Positions 1 to 13,186 of a stretch of 64,000 nt of DNA are shown here, in pieces (position 1 is the first letter of the stretch; each line of letters begins with the position of its first letter). Source of the DNA: Mobula hypostoma. Taxonomy: Eukaryota. The stretch spans positions 54,128,001 through 54,192,000 of the forward strand of contig NC_086108.1 in the NCBI RefSeq assembly GCF_963921235.1. Reading direction: 5' to 3'. The notes beneath the pieces were generated by a model. That model saw only the letters and a program-made list of their open reading frames with translations, had not been told where the DNA came from and searched no databases. The position numbers and the translations under genes were made by a program.

Positions 1-1215
1 TTGTTCCTGATGCTTCTTGCATTGAGGTACACACACTTCAGCCCTTCTACCTTACTACCTTTACACCCTTTATTCTGCTTCGCTTTCCTCATAGCCTCTC
101 TATATGTTAGATCTGGCTTTACTCCATCCACTTCTCTCACTGCCCTATCGCTCCGGGTCCCATCCCCTTTGCAAATTAGTTTAAACCCTCCCGAACCATG
201 CCAGCAAACCTACCTGCAAGGATATTGCTCCCCCTCGAGTTCAGGTGCAACCCATCCAATCTGTACAGGTCCCACCTTCCCCAGAAGAGATCCCAATGGT
301 CCAAAAATCTAATACCCTGCTCCCTGCACCAACTCCTCAGCCGCACATTCAACTGCCATCTCCTCCAATTCTTACCATCACTGTCACGTAGCACCGGCAG
401 CAATCCTGAGAACGTCACCCTTGAGGTCCTGGTCTTCAGTCTTCTGCCTAGTTACCGAAACTCACACTTGAGGACTTCATCCCTCTTCCTGCCTATGTCG
501 TTGGTATCAACGTATATCACGACTTCTGGTTGCTTTCCCTCTCGTACCAGGATGTCGTGCACCCGGTCAGAGACATCCCGGACCCTGGCACCCAGGAGGC
601 AACAAACCATGCGGGTGTCCTTCTCACGTCCACAAAATCTCCTGTCTGCTCCCCTGACTATAGAGTCTCCAATGATGACAGCTCTCCTCTTCTCCGTCCC
701 ACCCTTCTGCACCACCGGGTCAGACTCTGTGCCGGAGGCCCTGCCACCTTGGCTCACACTTGGTCGGTCGTCCCCGCCAACAGTATCCAGGACGGTAAAC
801 ATTATTCAGGGGAATGGCTACAGGGGTGCTCTGCACTACCTGTCTGCTCACCTTCGCTTTCCCTCCTCTGACTGTCACCCAACGACCTGCTTCCGACAGC
901 CTAGGTGTGACTACCTTCCTGTAGCTCTCATCTGTGACTGCCTCATTCTCCCTTATGAGTCAAAGGTCATCGAGCTGCTGCTCCAGATTCCTTACATAGT
1001 CTTCCAGATCGCCCAGCTGTATGCACTTCTGGCAGATGTGACTCTGTGGGAGAGGGTTGTTCCCCCAAGACTGCCACATCTCACATGAGAGACACATCAC
1101 CATCTCAGGAGGCATTGTAAAGACTAACTGCGAGCAAGCTTGTCCTCCGCCTCTTCTCGTCGAAGCCTCTCGAGTCAAAACCTCAAAGTTCCACTCCTTC
1201 ACTGGCCCACTCACT
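1..1215 (-). mobile_element. CR1 LINE 5' part (ORF1 zinc finger + SGNH esterase, frameshifted), runs off the left edge
   Basis: Minus ORFs: MVMCLSCEMW..HICQKCIQL (960-1214), AVIIGDSIVRG..VCCLLGARVRDV (452-802), RLDGLHLNSRGSNILAGRF (176-418); homologous to the copy at 3685-4371. Confidence 0.9.
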
Positions 1216-2139
1216 CACTGGCCGCTTTCCAACTGCTGACTGAACTTTGTGAGATGCAGCATAGTAGCACATTTGGGGAAATCGCTGGTGAACTTTGGTC
1301 AGCAAGTTCAGATGTTAGACATAGGGAACTGTGCTGAGAAATAGTTCTACTCCGAATTGAGTATTTCCCAGCAGGTTCTGGTCAAAGCTAAACACTGCGT
1401 TCTGAAGAACTTCTCGAGTTGAGTCAATTGGTTGTTGTTTAGAAGTAATTGGGATAGTAGAATGCCAGTACCTAGTAACTTGGAGTCTTTGACTTTCCAT
1501 GTGTTTTTCTGCACAATGTGTCAGCGTATTGACAATGTTGTTGCATATAGGTGTAGATCTCCACAACTTCTTGGTGGTGAGAGGGAAGAGTATCCCCACT
1601 GTATTTCACAGGAGACCCCGTCTGATTTTGTGTAGCACTTGGCTGCTGATGCGGGTGTCTCCCAGCACGCTTGTTCTTCACCACACATCAATTACAAGGT
1701 GTATTTGTTTGAATATTTTGATTTTACTGTTATTTTATTCCTGTATTATCTAAAATCATTCTTAATGTAGTGACCCTGCAAGGAAAATGGCCAGACATTC
1801 TGCTTTAACTGTGAATTCTCAAGGAATGTGGACAAGAGGTTTGTTAGTGCGGACCATGAATTGATAGATTTGGTGTTGGAATGGAAAACAATGAAATCAG
1901 GAACTTGGCTACTTCCAGTGTACAGGTCATCCAGACAAAGCGAAGGAGATGTGGGCCGAGTTGGGTGTTATTTTTTTATACGAATTTAAAGCAAGATGGC
2001 GCCGGTGAGCCAAGGCAACATCCTGTGGGCAACGTTGGACGCCCAAGTTTGATTCTATTAGGGTTATTATTGTGTTATGGATTTATTGAATATGCCTGCA
2101 GAAATTAATATGAGGACGTATATGACATATAACGGATGT

Positions 2140-2638
2140 GCTGAAACTGGAGAGAGTTCAAAGGTTAACAAAAGTTATTCCAGGATTAAATGGCTTGTCA
2201 TATGAAGAGCATTTGATGGCTCTGGGCCTGTATTCACTAGAATTCAGAAGAATGAGGGGTGACTTCATTGAAACCTATCGAATGGTGAAAGGCCTTGATA
2301 GAGTGGATGTGGAGAGGATATTTTCTGTGGTGGGAGAGTCTAAGACCTGAGGACGCAGCCTCAGAATAGAGGGAAGTCCTTTTTGAACGGAGATGAGGAG
2401 GAATTTTTTTTAGCTAGGGAGTGGTGAATCTGTGGAATTCTTTGCCACAGGCAGCTGTGGAGGCCGTCTTTATATTTAAGGCAGAGAATGATAGATTCTT
2501 AATTGGTCAAGGCATGAAGGAATGTGGGAGAAAGGAGGAGATTGGGGCTGAGAGGAAAATTGAATCAGCCATGATGAAATGGCAGAGCAGACACGATGGG
2601 TCAAATGGCCTAATTCTTCTCCTATATCTTATGGTCTT
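2140..2638 (+). mobile_element. 5'-truncated CR1 LINE 3' end, apparently nested in an older retroelement tail (about 1990-2135)
   Basis: LERVQR..GLSYEEHLMALGLYSLEFRRMRGDFIETYRMVKG; 3' end cctatatcttatggtctt is shared with 31690-31850. Confidence 0.85.
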
Positions 2639-3264
2639 GTATATGTACTTTACAAAATGACAAGGGAACTGCTTCAAGTGTTAGCGAAACAAAATAGTTG
2701 TACTGAAAGCAAATGAAAGTGAAGATATTTTATTTGCATCTGAGGCAATCCTGGCTGGTGAATCCTCAGGGGTGCATTGTTTCAGGTTGGGAATCCATCC
2801 ATTGCACTGGACCAGAAAATTATTCTGTCGTCAACAATTTATCATCTTATCTCTTTGTGGAGAGCATTGACAATGAAATGGCAAATGAGAGCATGTTGAC
2901 TTGTGTGGCTGCATTGTGTCAATGCTGATAGTCAAACAGATCAAATGGTACCTTTGCCTTTACTTATTGATATTCTCAGTGCATTGAAAACTGCCATACA
3001 TTCCTTAATTCTGGGCGTGCCCGTGTATGGTTGTTTCTGTGAATTGCGTCAAATGTCAAATCCTCACTTGACAAATAGCTGCATGGTCAAAGAACATTTA
3101 TCAACCACAAACACAGTTAATTTGTACTTGGCTAGTACATACTTGGTAATTGATTTTGCTTGCAAAGTAATTCTCTTGGAGCAAACATTTTTCTGATTAA
3201 TGTGCAAAAAGAATAATATTGATGAGCAGAAACTGGACTGTTAAGCAAGTAAAATCATTTAAAC

Positions 3265-6200
3265 GCGAGAAAATTAATGGAGCGGGCGATGTTGTAGTGG
3301 GCGACGAAGTAGAGGGAGACAGAGTAGGAAGTTTTTGGCTCCTGAGGCTTTAGCGAGCAGAGGCTGAGGACGAGCTTCACTCCAAGTGAGGTAAGGCCGG
3401 GTAAGTTCCTTTAATAAATCTAATTACCTTAAGAGTAGGTAGTAGAGGCAGCAGTTAGGGCAGCTGAGTGCTCCATTTGCAGGATGTGGGAAGTCAGGGC
3501 GAGCACAATTGTCTCTGATGACTACACCTGTTAGAGGTGCATCCAGCTGCAGCTCCTGACAAACCGAGTCAGGGAACTAGAGCTGGAGCTAGATGAACTT
3601 TGGATCATTCGGGAGGCAGAGGCAGAAATAGAGAGGAGTTACAGGGAGAAAGTCACCCCTAGGAGTCAGGAGACAGGTAGCTGGGTGACTGTCAGGAGAG
3701 GGAAGGGGAACAGACAGAATGAGCAGAGCACCCCTGTGGCCGTTCCCACCAATAATAAGTACCTCGTTTTGGATACTGTTGGTGGGGATGACCTACCAGG
3801 GACAAGTTGCAGTGGTTGCGTCTCTGGCACCGAGATGGGACCCTCAGCTCAGAAAGGAAGGAGGGAAAAGAGGAGAGCAGTAGTGATAGGGGATTCGATA
3901 GTTAGGGGGACAGATAAGAGGTTCTGTGAAAGAGATCAAGAATCCCGGATGGTCTGTTGCCTCCCTAGTGCCAGGGTCCGCGATATCTCGGATCGAGTTC
4001 TCAGTATTCTCAAGAGGGAGGGTGAGCAGCTGGATGTCGTGGTCCATGTAGGGACCAGTGACGTGGGTAGGAAGAGTGAGGAGGTCCTGAAAGGTGAGTT
4101 TAGGGAGTTAGGTGTCAAGTTAAAGGACAGGACCCCCAGGATAGCAATCTCAGGATTGCTACCAGTGCCACATGCAGGCAGGTTTAGAAATAGTAAGATA
4201 GTGCAGATCAACACAAGGCTGAAGACATGGTGCAGGAGGGAGGGCTTCAGATTTATAGATAATTGGGCAGTTTTCCAGGGAAGGTGGCACCTGTTCCAGG
4301 GGGACGGTTTACATCTGAACTGGAGGGGGACAAATATTCTTGCAGTAGGTTTGCTAGAGAGGCTTCAGTGAATTTAAACTAGATACGTGGGGCGTGGGGG
4401 GGAACCAGAGTGTAGGAACAGATGTAGGGGAGAAGGAAGAAAAAGAAAATAGTAAAGTTGTTTGCACCATTAGTGATAAACAGACAGTATAAGGTGGAAA
4501 ATTTCTTAAATGCATTTATTTTAATGCTAGGAGCATTATAAGAAAGGTGGATGAGCTTAAAGCATGGGTTGATACCTGGAAGTATGATGTGGTAGCTATC
4601 AGTGAAACATGGTTACAAGAGAGGTGTGATTGGCAACTAAGTATTCCTGGATTTCATTGCTTCAGGTGTGATAGAATTGGTGGGACAAAAGGGGAAGGTG
4701 TTGCATTGCTTGTCAGAGAAAATATTACAGTGGTGCTCTGGCAGGATAGATTAGAGGGCTCGTCTAGGGAGGCTATTTGGGTGGAATTGAGGAATGGGAA
4801 AGGTGTAGTAATACTTATAGGGGTGTATTATAGACCACCAAATGGGGAGTGAAAATTGGAGGAGCAAATTTGTAAGGAGATAGCAGATATTTGTAGTAAG
4901 CACAAGGTTGTGATTGTGAGAGATTTTAATTTTCCACACATAGACTGGGAAGCCCATACTGTAAAAGGGCTGGATGGTTTGGAGTTTGTAAAATGTGTGC
5001 AGGATAGTTTTTTGTAGCAATACATAGAGGTACCAACTGGAGAAGGGGCAGTGTTGGATCTCTTGTTAGGGAATGAGATAGGTCAGGTGACGGAGGTTTG
5101 TGTTGGGGAGCACTTCAGGTCCAGTGATCACAATGCCATTAGTTTCAATATAATTATGGAGAAGGATAGGTCTGGACACAGGGTTGAGATTCTTGATTGG
5201 AGAAATGCTAACTTTGAGGAGATGTGAAAGGATTTAGAAGGAGTGGATTGGGACAATTTGTTTTATGGGAAGGATGTCATCGAGAAATGGAGGTCACTTA
5301 AAGGTGAAATTTTGAGGGTACAGAATCTTTATGTTCCTGTTAGGTTGAAAGGAAAGGTTAAAAGTTTGCGAGAGCCATAGTTTTCAAGGGATATTGGAAA
5401 CTTGGTTTGGAAAAAGAGAGATATCTACAATAAATACAGGCAGTGTGGAGTAAATGAGGAACTTGAGAAATATAAAGAATGTAAAAAGAATCTTAAGAAA
5501 GAAAGTAGAAAAGCTAAAAGAAGATATGAGGTTGCTTTGGTAAGTAAGTGAAAATAAATCCAAAGGGTTTCTACAGTTATATTAATAGAAAAAGGATAGT
5601 GAGGGATAAAATTGGTCCCTTAGAGAATCAGAATGGACAGCTATGTGTGGAGCCAAAAGAGATGGGGGAGATTCTGAACAATTTCTTTTCTTCAGTACAG
5701 TATTCACTAAGGAGAAGGATATTGAATTGTGTAAGGTAAGGGAAACAAATAGGGTAGTTATTGGAAACTGAGGATTATAGAAGAGGAAGTACTGGCACTT
5801 TTAAGGAATATAAAAGTGGATAAGTCTCCGGATCCTGACAGGATATTCCCTAGGACCTTGAGGGTAGTTAGTATAGAAATAGCAGGGGCTCTGACAGAAA
5901 TATTTCAAATGTCATTAGAAATGGGGATAGTGCTGGAGGATTGGCGTATTGCTCATGTGGTTCCATTGTTTAAAAAGGGTTCTAAGAGTAAACCTAGCAA
6001 TTATTGGCCAGTAAGTTTGACATCAGTGGTGGGTAAATTAATGGAAAGTATTCTTAGAGATGGTATATATAATTATCTGGATAGACAGGGTCTGATTAGG
6101 AACAGTCAACATGGATTTGTGTGTGGAAGGTCATGTTTGACAAATCTTATTGAATTTTTTGAAGAGGTTACTAGGAAAGTTGACGAGGGTAAAGCGGTGG

Positions 6201-7374
6201 ACGTTGTCTATATGAACTTCAGTAAGGCCTTTGACAAGGTTCCACACGGAAGGTTAGTTAGGAAGATTCATTTGTTAGGTATTAATATTGAAGTAGTAAA
6301 ATGGGTTCAGCAGTGGCTGGATGTGCCAGGGAGTAGTGGTGGATAGCTTTTTGTCATATTGGAGGCCGGTGACTAGTGGTGTGCCTCAGGGATCTGTACT
6401 GGGTCCAGTGTTGTTTGTCATATACATTAATGATTTGGATGAATGGGTGGTAAATTGGATTAATAAGTGTGCAGATGATTCTAAGATAGGCAGCATTGTG
6501 GATAATGAAGTAGGTTTTCAAAGCTTGCAGAGGGATTTAGGCCAGTTAGAAGAGTGGGCTGAAAGATGGCAGATGGAGTTTAATGCTGATAAATGTGAGG
6601 TGCTACATTTTGGTAGGACTAATCAAAATAGGACATACATGGTAAATGGTAGGGCATTGAGGAATGCAGTAGAACAGAGGGATCTAGGAATAATGGTGCA
6701 TAGTTCCCTGAAGGTGGAATCTTATGTGAATAGGGTGGTGAAGAAAGCTTTTGGTATGCTGGCCTTTATAAATCACAGCATTGAGTATAGGAGTTGGGAT
6801 GTAATGTTGAAATTATACAAGGCATTGGTAAGGCCAAATTTGGAGTATTGTGTACAGTTCTGGTCACTGAATTATAGGAAAGATGTTAACAAAATAGAGA
6901 GAGTACAGAGAAGATTTACTAGACTGTTACCTGGGTTTCATCGCCTAAGTTACAGAGAAAGGTCTTTATTCTTTGGAGCATAGAAGGTTGACGGGGGACT
7001 TGATAGAGGTATTTAAAATTATGAGGGGGATAGATAGAGTTGATGTGAATAGGCTTTTTCCATTGCGAGTAGGGGAGATTCAAACAAGAGGACATGAGTT
7101 GAGAGTAAAAGGGCAAAAGTTTAGGGGTATCATGAGGGGGAACTTCTTTACTCAGAGAGTAGTAGCTGTGTGGAACGAGCTTCCAGCAGAAGTGGTTGAG
7201 GCAGGTTCTATGTTGTCATTTAAAGTTAAATTGGATAGATATATGGACAGGAAAGGAATAGAGGGTTATGGGCTGAGTGCAGGTCGGTGGGACTAGGTGA
7301 GAGTAAGAGTTCGGCATGGACTAGAAGGGCCAAGATGGCCTGTTTTCGGGCTGTAATTGTTATATGGTTATATA
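3265..7374 (+). mobile_element. Near full-length degenerate CR1 LINE (5'UTR, ORF1 esterase, ORF2 APE endonuclease + RT) with several stops and frameshifts
   Basis: ORF1 GDSIVRG/DGLHL; EN YDVVAISETW, IGVYYRPP, SDH; RT QHGFV.GRSCLTNL, FSKAFDKVPH, SGVPQGSVLGP, CADD; tail gttatatggttatat. Confidence 0.95.
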
Positions 7375-7600
7375 AAATGGAAGTACAGGAAGTGCTTATG
7401 GAGCTTTCCATTGTGACAGGTCATTATTGTGGGTAACGATGGCATTCAGGTCAGGGGTCAGCAGTTAGCAATGAAAGATGAAGATGATTTTGCCGAATTG
7501 GATGTGTGTGATTAGCATTTTAATGAAGTCTTGTGTTTAGTGTGCAATAATGAGCAAAACATCTAGCAATCAAATGGAGTTTCTGCCCTTCTAACTTTCC

Positions 7601-8150
7601 CAGACATCCCACCTCTCCTGGAACTTCTGGGAGTCTCCCGCATATTAATAGTGGCTCCCTGATGCCCGCAAATTATACACAATATCACGGAAATCAATTT
7701 TTTTGAGAGTGAGCGAGAGAGAGCGCGTGCGCGAGCGAGAGCGAAGGCAAGCGAGTATGCGAGAGAGAGCTTGAGAGCGCGTGAGCGACCACAAGAGAGA
7801 GAGAGCGCGCCATGGCAGAGTGTTCCAAAGAAATATAAAACGTACGTCACCCCGGACTACACTAAAGTGTACCCCTGCCTAATAGGGGTCAAAAATAATG
7901 ACAATGTTGCTCGCTGCACTGTTTGCAACAGTGACTTTTCTATTGCCCATGGTGGGTTAAGACTGTAAAAGGCATGTTGAGGTGAGTTTAACAGGTGTCA
8001 TTCATTCATTAGCATAGCTCATGTTATTTGAGCTAGCTGGCTAGCTGCTAAGGATTAACTCTATTGCAGACATCCCACCTCTCCCGGAAGTCTCCTGCAA
8101 ATTGATGGTGCTACCTCTCTGAAATGAGTTTTTGCAGGGTGGGATGTCTG
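7601..8150 (+). mobile_element. Non-autonomous hAT-like DNA transposon with a BED-finger-like transposase remnant
   Basis: 13-bp TIR cagacatcccacc / ggtgggatgtctg; flanking direct repeat ctttcc (7595-7600, 8151-8156); remnant ARCTVCNSDFSIAHGG..DCKRHVE; GA-rich tract about 7706-7805. Confidence 0.8.
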
Positions 8151-9759
8151 CTTTCCGGTGTTAGAAAACATCATTTTGAGCTCTAACTTTAGTTGAAGTG
8201 AATGGCAGAGAGTTGTAAAATTTAAGCAGAACAATTTACAAGTTATCTTGTAAATAACTTATTGGCCAATATTAAATCAGACTTTCTTAAGTATGTTTCC
8301 CCCTCTGGTATAGTGGCGACAATATGCTAAATCTGCTAACACTTTGAAGGATCCACAGTTTAGTTAGGTTTCCTTCATTGTTTGCAAACAGATGAAAAAC
8401 AAAATTAGACATTGTGAAATTTTGTAGTCTTTTTCTTGATCAAAGAGGACCCACAGATTAATTTTTAGGTTGCTCTATTCAAAGCATGTAATTTCATGCT
8501 TTAATCACTGTTAACAATTGCAGATGAGACAGACTTAGTAAAACTTGTATGCGGTTTATTAAATATTCATATTTGAAGTATTTGTATTAGTAATGCAAAT
8601 ACAGGCACAGATAAATTAATTTGTGCTTTGATGTTACATTCTGAATACTCTGTGCACAGCATTTTGTTCTTTTCAGAACTGTCGCCATTTTAGCTTTTAA
8701 AAATCGTGTATTTTCAATACATATTTCGACTCTTCACTTGAAGGTGCTGTGTCCTGTCATACGTTTCTGTGCTCCGTTTATTTTACATATAGTGTAAAAT
8801 GTAATTCTTCATGCTGTGGTGCGTCAGTGGAGTACTTGAAAGCCTGCAGCTGGGCCTGATCCATCTGTATCCACCTACATCTTGAGCAGAAAAATTTTCT
8901 ACACTATAATCAGAAGCCGCAAGCTTGGCTGATTTTCTTCTCGTTTTTCTTGCCTCTTTCTCATCTGCCTTCGTTTACTCTGCAAGGGCAGAGGGCTTGT
9001 ATGTTGTTTTGTCTTGAAAAATAAAATGCAGCCCATTTTTGAAATAATGAGATGTCAGTGTTTACATTCTTGCACTAGGCAAAGATTTTTTATGTGTTGC
9101 TGTGACGACTTGATTGCAAACTTGTGTAATTGAAAAGTTGCCATCTAATTGCCAAAACGAGCAGTGGGCCATTTTTGATACTCCTCGTGTAGTAAAGACT
9201 GAATTTTCAGTTTGCGTAACTAAATCTGTATTATGTATCATTGGATTAACTGGTAGATTCTTTATCGTAATGGTTGGTTGTGCAGCATCAGTCTGGCATT
9301 TTTTGTTCATCAGTTACATAGCAGAGGTCTTATCTCGAGATACAGGTTCAAGTTCTCAACTATGCAGTGAACTGTAAATCTGTGCTTGATCTGTCTACTC
9401 ATCGCTGTTTGGAAACATCCTCCAAAAATTAATTTGAGGCTAATTTCTACTTGGAGACTGGTGCTAAACGGAACAGTTTACCCAAAACCACTTAAGACTG
9501 TTTGTACTATATTTTAAATAGATGTACGGAGGGTATGACAAATAGCAAATTCCTGTGAATATTTTATGGAGATTATTGGCCCAACATATATTGGAAGATA
9601 CACTGCTATTGATTTGATTGATGTTGGGAAGATATTCATCTGCTGATGATGTACTTCAGGATGGGTTTAGAAGAATTTTAAGATGCAAGTGATTGTAAAC
9701 TCATAGCAATGCTCATCCATGATCTCATCTTTTGTTGTGCCTTTGTGTTCCTCTGACAG

Positions 9760-9908
9760 CTGGCTAAAAAGATAAGAGAGAAGTTTAATCGCTATCTCGA
9801 TGTAGTGAATCGGAACAAGCAGGTAGTGGAAGCGTCTTACACAGCACACTTAACGTCACCATTGACGGCTATCCAAGACTGCTGCACTATTCCGCCCTCG
9901 ATGATGGA
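9760..9908 (+). CDS. CACHD1: CACHD1 exon 3 (149 nt)
   Basis: cag|LAKKIREKFNRYLDVVNRNKQVVEASYTAHLTSPLTAIQDCCTIPPSMM(E)|gtaggt; matches the recalled human CACHD1 sequence. Confidence 0.96.
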
Positions 9909-11596
9909 GTAGGTATTTTTTTTACACCGATTTGCAGATTCTAACGATGATTATATGTGGCAGTACAATGTTGAAAATTTATCGGTAGAAGGGCAGCAAT
10001 TCTGATGTGATAACCAAATCAACATGTTTTATGCTTTCCCTTATTCGTTGATTCCTGCAAGAGTACCGATCCATTGCCTCAGTGCCATTGTTAAAGCCCA
10101 CTGTTGTGTAATGGGTAGTTTTTTGTGAAGGTCAGCACATTTAAATATTGCCTAACTATATAACAGAGTCTTTGCTTTTGTTTTGTCTGTCTTTCACGCT
10201 CACATTGGTACAATTGTACTGTTACTCCCATGACAGCTTCCATCCACTAACTCAGCACAGACTGGGCTTTAAATTTGGTATTGCCCATGCCAGCATGGGC
10301 AGCTAGAGCCCATCGCTTCAATCCTTATCTCCTTTTCACTTTGTCAACCAGTCATCACATCTTTTATCTTTCCTCTCTTCATTACTTAGTTTCTCAAATT
10401 CGTAACTCAATCCTCACTACACTTTTCATCCTAATTCCTTGTACTCTTGTTTCCCTCTTTGATGTTGGGGATGTTTTTCATCTTTATTTGATATAATGAT
10501 TTCTTTATATAGAAAAATCCTCTTTCAGTGTCTGAAACTTGCTTGATTAGTCTCTTGTGACCTGAATTTAGCGCACATCATAGATGTGGACATTTTCACC
10601 TTACATCTACTAGCAACTGTACCCACACTATCCTCCAAAGTGGACTTCACAATGATCTTTATGGTCAGATGCTGAGTGTCTCTGTGAGAAGTGGATGATT
10701 GTAGGGAGATGAAGTCATAATTTCTGTATCTTCAGTAGTTTTATTATCTCCCAAGAAATTGTCTTGGACTGACCTGAACTCTTCATAACCTGAGACTTTA
10801 ACCTGAAGAGTACATACCTGAGTGTTGGGCCTGGTCTGCATTCCACCACAAAGGCCACATTTTGTTCCACCAGTGTAGAAGGATCTACCTCACTCTATTT
10901 AATAGTGAAATACCATGCTTTTGTGTCACATGGGTGCCAGTTCTCTTCTGCAGTTCTTTCTCAAATCCGTCCACAGCTCGACAATCTGTACCTTTGCCCA
11001 CTCTAAGTAATGTTTGACCTCAGTAATATCTTTCTGTAATTATCTTTCTCAGTAGTTTCTTTCACTCTTCTCCAAGTCTCTCCAACAATGGCTTCTAGTA
11101 CTACTTCAATCACATGCCACAAGTCTGTTTTGCTCCCATGTACTTTCAGTCATCTAAGTTGCTTATTCTGGAGTTTCCTGAAAGGCATTGTCTTCTAAGC
11201 GAACGTGTCAAGCAATCTCCTTCTCAGATTACATTTCTGAGAAGCACTTTGTTAAATTAAGTCATGTAAAGCTACATTAAAATAAGTGGCTACGCACCTT
11301 CATTGAGTGTATTTGTGTGTGTTACATCAATTGGTAAAACTATTGTCTTCATAATTGTGTAGAATGTAATATTTAGATTACTACATAAGAAAAAAAGCAA
11401 TGCGGATAAATTAAAGGAAAAGGAATAAATAAATCATAAAGAAGACCTGGCTGTCTAAGGAGTATCGAAACAGAATATATCCACAAACTGCCAGAGGGGG
11501 AGTGCTAAACTTAGAAGCTAAAGGTACAGCAGGCCCAGATCTCAGAATAGTATTCTTGGATTGGTAATGGAACAAGACCTCCATATTGATGATAAG

Positions 11597-11880
11597 GGTG
11601 CTACGGCAGCATAGTGGCTAGCACAATGCCGTTACAGTTCGGGGTGTTGGAGTTCAGAGTTCAATTCCAACGTCATCTGTAAGGAGTTTGTATGTCCTCC
11701 CCGTGATGAACGCGTGGGTTTCCTCTGGGTACTCCGGTTTCCTCCTACAATCCAAAGACATACCAATTAGCAGGGTAATTGGTCATTGTAAATTGTCCCT
11801 TGATTAGGCTGGGGTTAGATCAGTTGCTGACAGCTTGGCTCAAATGGCCTATTTCTTGCGGGATCTCTAAATAAATAAAT
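11597..11880 (+). mobile_element. tRNA-derived V-SINE (HE1-like)
   Basis: A/B-box-like head, V-domain ggagtttgtatgtcctccccgtg..gcgtgggtttcctctgggtactccggtttcctcctacaatccaaagaca, (taaa)n tail. Confidence 0.75.
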
Positions 11881-13186
11881 AAGAATCTATGCTTCATAAT
11901 CTTCATAACATCCCAGCACTGGTAACAGAATTATATTTACTGAGAAATAGTCCTGCACTACAGGAGATTCTTTTTTCCCTTTTCTATTGACCATTGGGAA
12001 TCCAAGCTTGGTCATTCTTTGATCTGGATCAGTAATCTCTGCACAGATGTCTCTGACTCTTTGAGAACCATAGAGTCGCTCGGCAATTCTTTGCCATGGA
12101 TAAGTAATCTCTGCACCGTTGTACCATAAAGTGGCGTAGGTACACCAGGCAATCAGGTGAATGAACATGTCTTTGATGGAGACCAGTCATGTTATTTTGG
12201 TTCAGCTTCTGGGGAATACTGAAATGCATTTTCAATTCTCATGAGGAAACTGGAAAAGTCTCAAAAGGGATGGGCATGTTAGAAATGTCCCTGGTATATA
12301 GGCTAATTAAGTACCATTGCCCCTATTTTGGCAGATGGATAATTGCTTCATGTTTCTCATGCCTCACTTTGATTTCTCCCATCTTTGGTGCTGGTTAACT
12401 AGAATTTCAATATGCTGTCTCGAATTTCCGTTTAAATTAGAGCCTTATGTTTTTAAAAAAAATCAGTTTCGTTATTTACTAAATTGTCGGTCAGAACTGG
12501 TGTAGCTGTTTGGCTTTGTAGCTGCTCAAGGCACCAGAAGCCTTGTCAGTGATTTGTTTTTATTCACTCCCTGTCTCAGATAATCAGGAGCTGCCAAGAA
12601 GGCATTCTGCATTGCAGTGAAATCAGAGTTTATTGTACAGTGTTAAAGGTTCCAATTGATGGCACTTGTCAAGTGGTCATATGTAGGCATATATCTAGCT
12701 AGTGTAATTGTTTAGATGTAATTCCTGCATGGACAGCTTTAGCAGGTCTTGGAGATTAAATATGGGTATCTTTGGTGAACTGCAGTTGTTGCACGAAACG
12801 GAGTGCGAGGTTATTCTCACCTCCCGATGGACAATTAGTCAAAGTCTTATTTTATGGAGTTGCAGCAGTTTCCTTTGAAAGAGCTACTTTGCCCGCGTCA
12901 ACTGATCAAGAGTGAAGTAGGTTCATCATCACTGAAAGTATATCAACATGAACACAAAGTTAATCATTAAATGCAGCAGTAAGTTTAAAACTAATTTAAA
13001 AACAGAAACTGCAAGTTCAAAGTTGTAAGCAAAACAGATTCTGCAGATGCTGGAAAACCAGAGCAACACATGCAGTGCCACAAAGATTTTATTGCACTTG
13101 TTATCCAACTTCACTAAACCTTTGGGGAAAATTATTTTCTTAACTTTTTATTAATCTTCTGCTAATAGTGTGCACTTGAGATATTT

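Noticed and set aside
198..1088. 296-aa plus-strand ORF
   Set aside because: It is the antisense shadow of CR1 ORF1, with no independent protein features
3265..7374. Active autonomous CR1
   Set aside because: Multiple in-frame stops and frameshifts in ORF1 and ORF2
1..9759. CACHD1 exons 1-2
   Set aside because: I found no match to the expected RIFNSFVYTEK..EVQQ peptide; these exons are presumably upstream of the window
12030..12115. Direct repeat agtaatctctgcac occurring twice, CRISPR-like spacing
   Set aside because: Only two 14-bp copies in a vertebrate intron; no array and no cas genes
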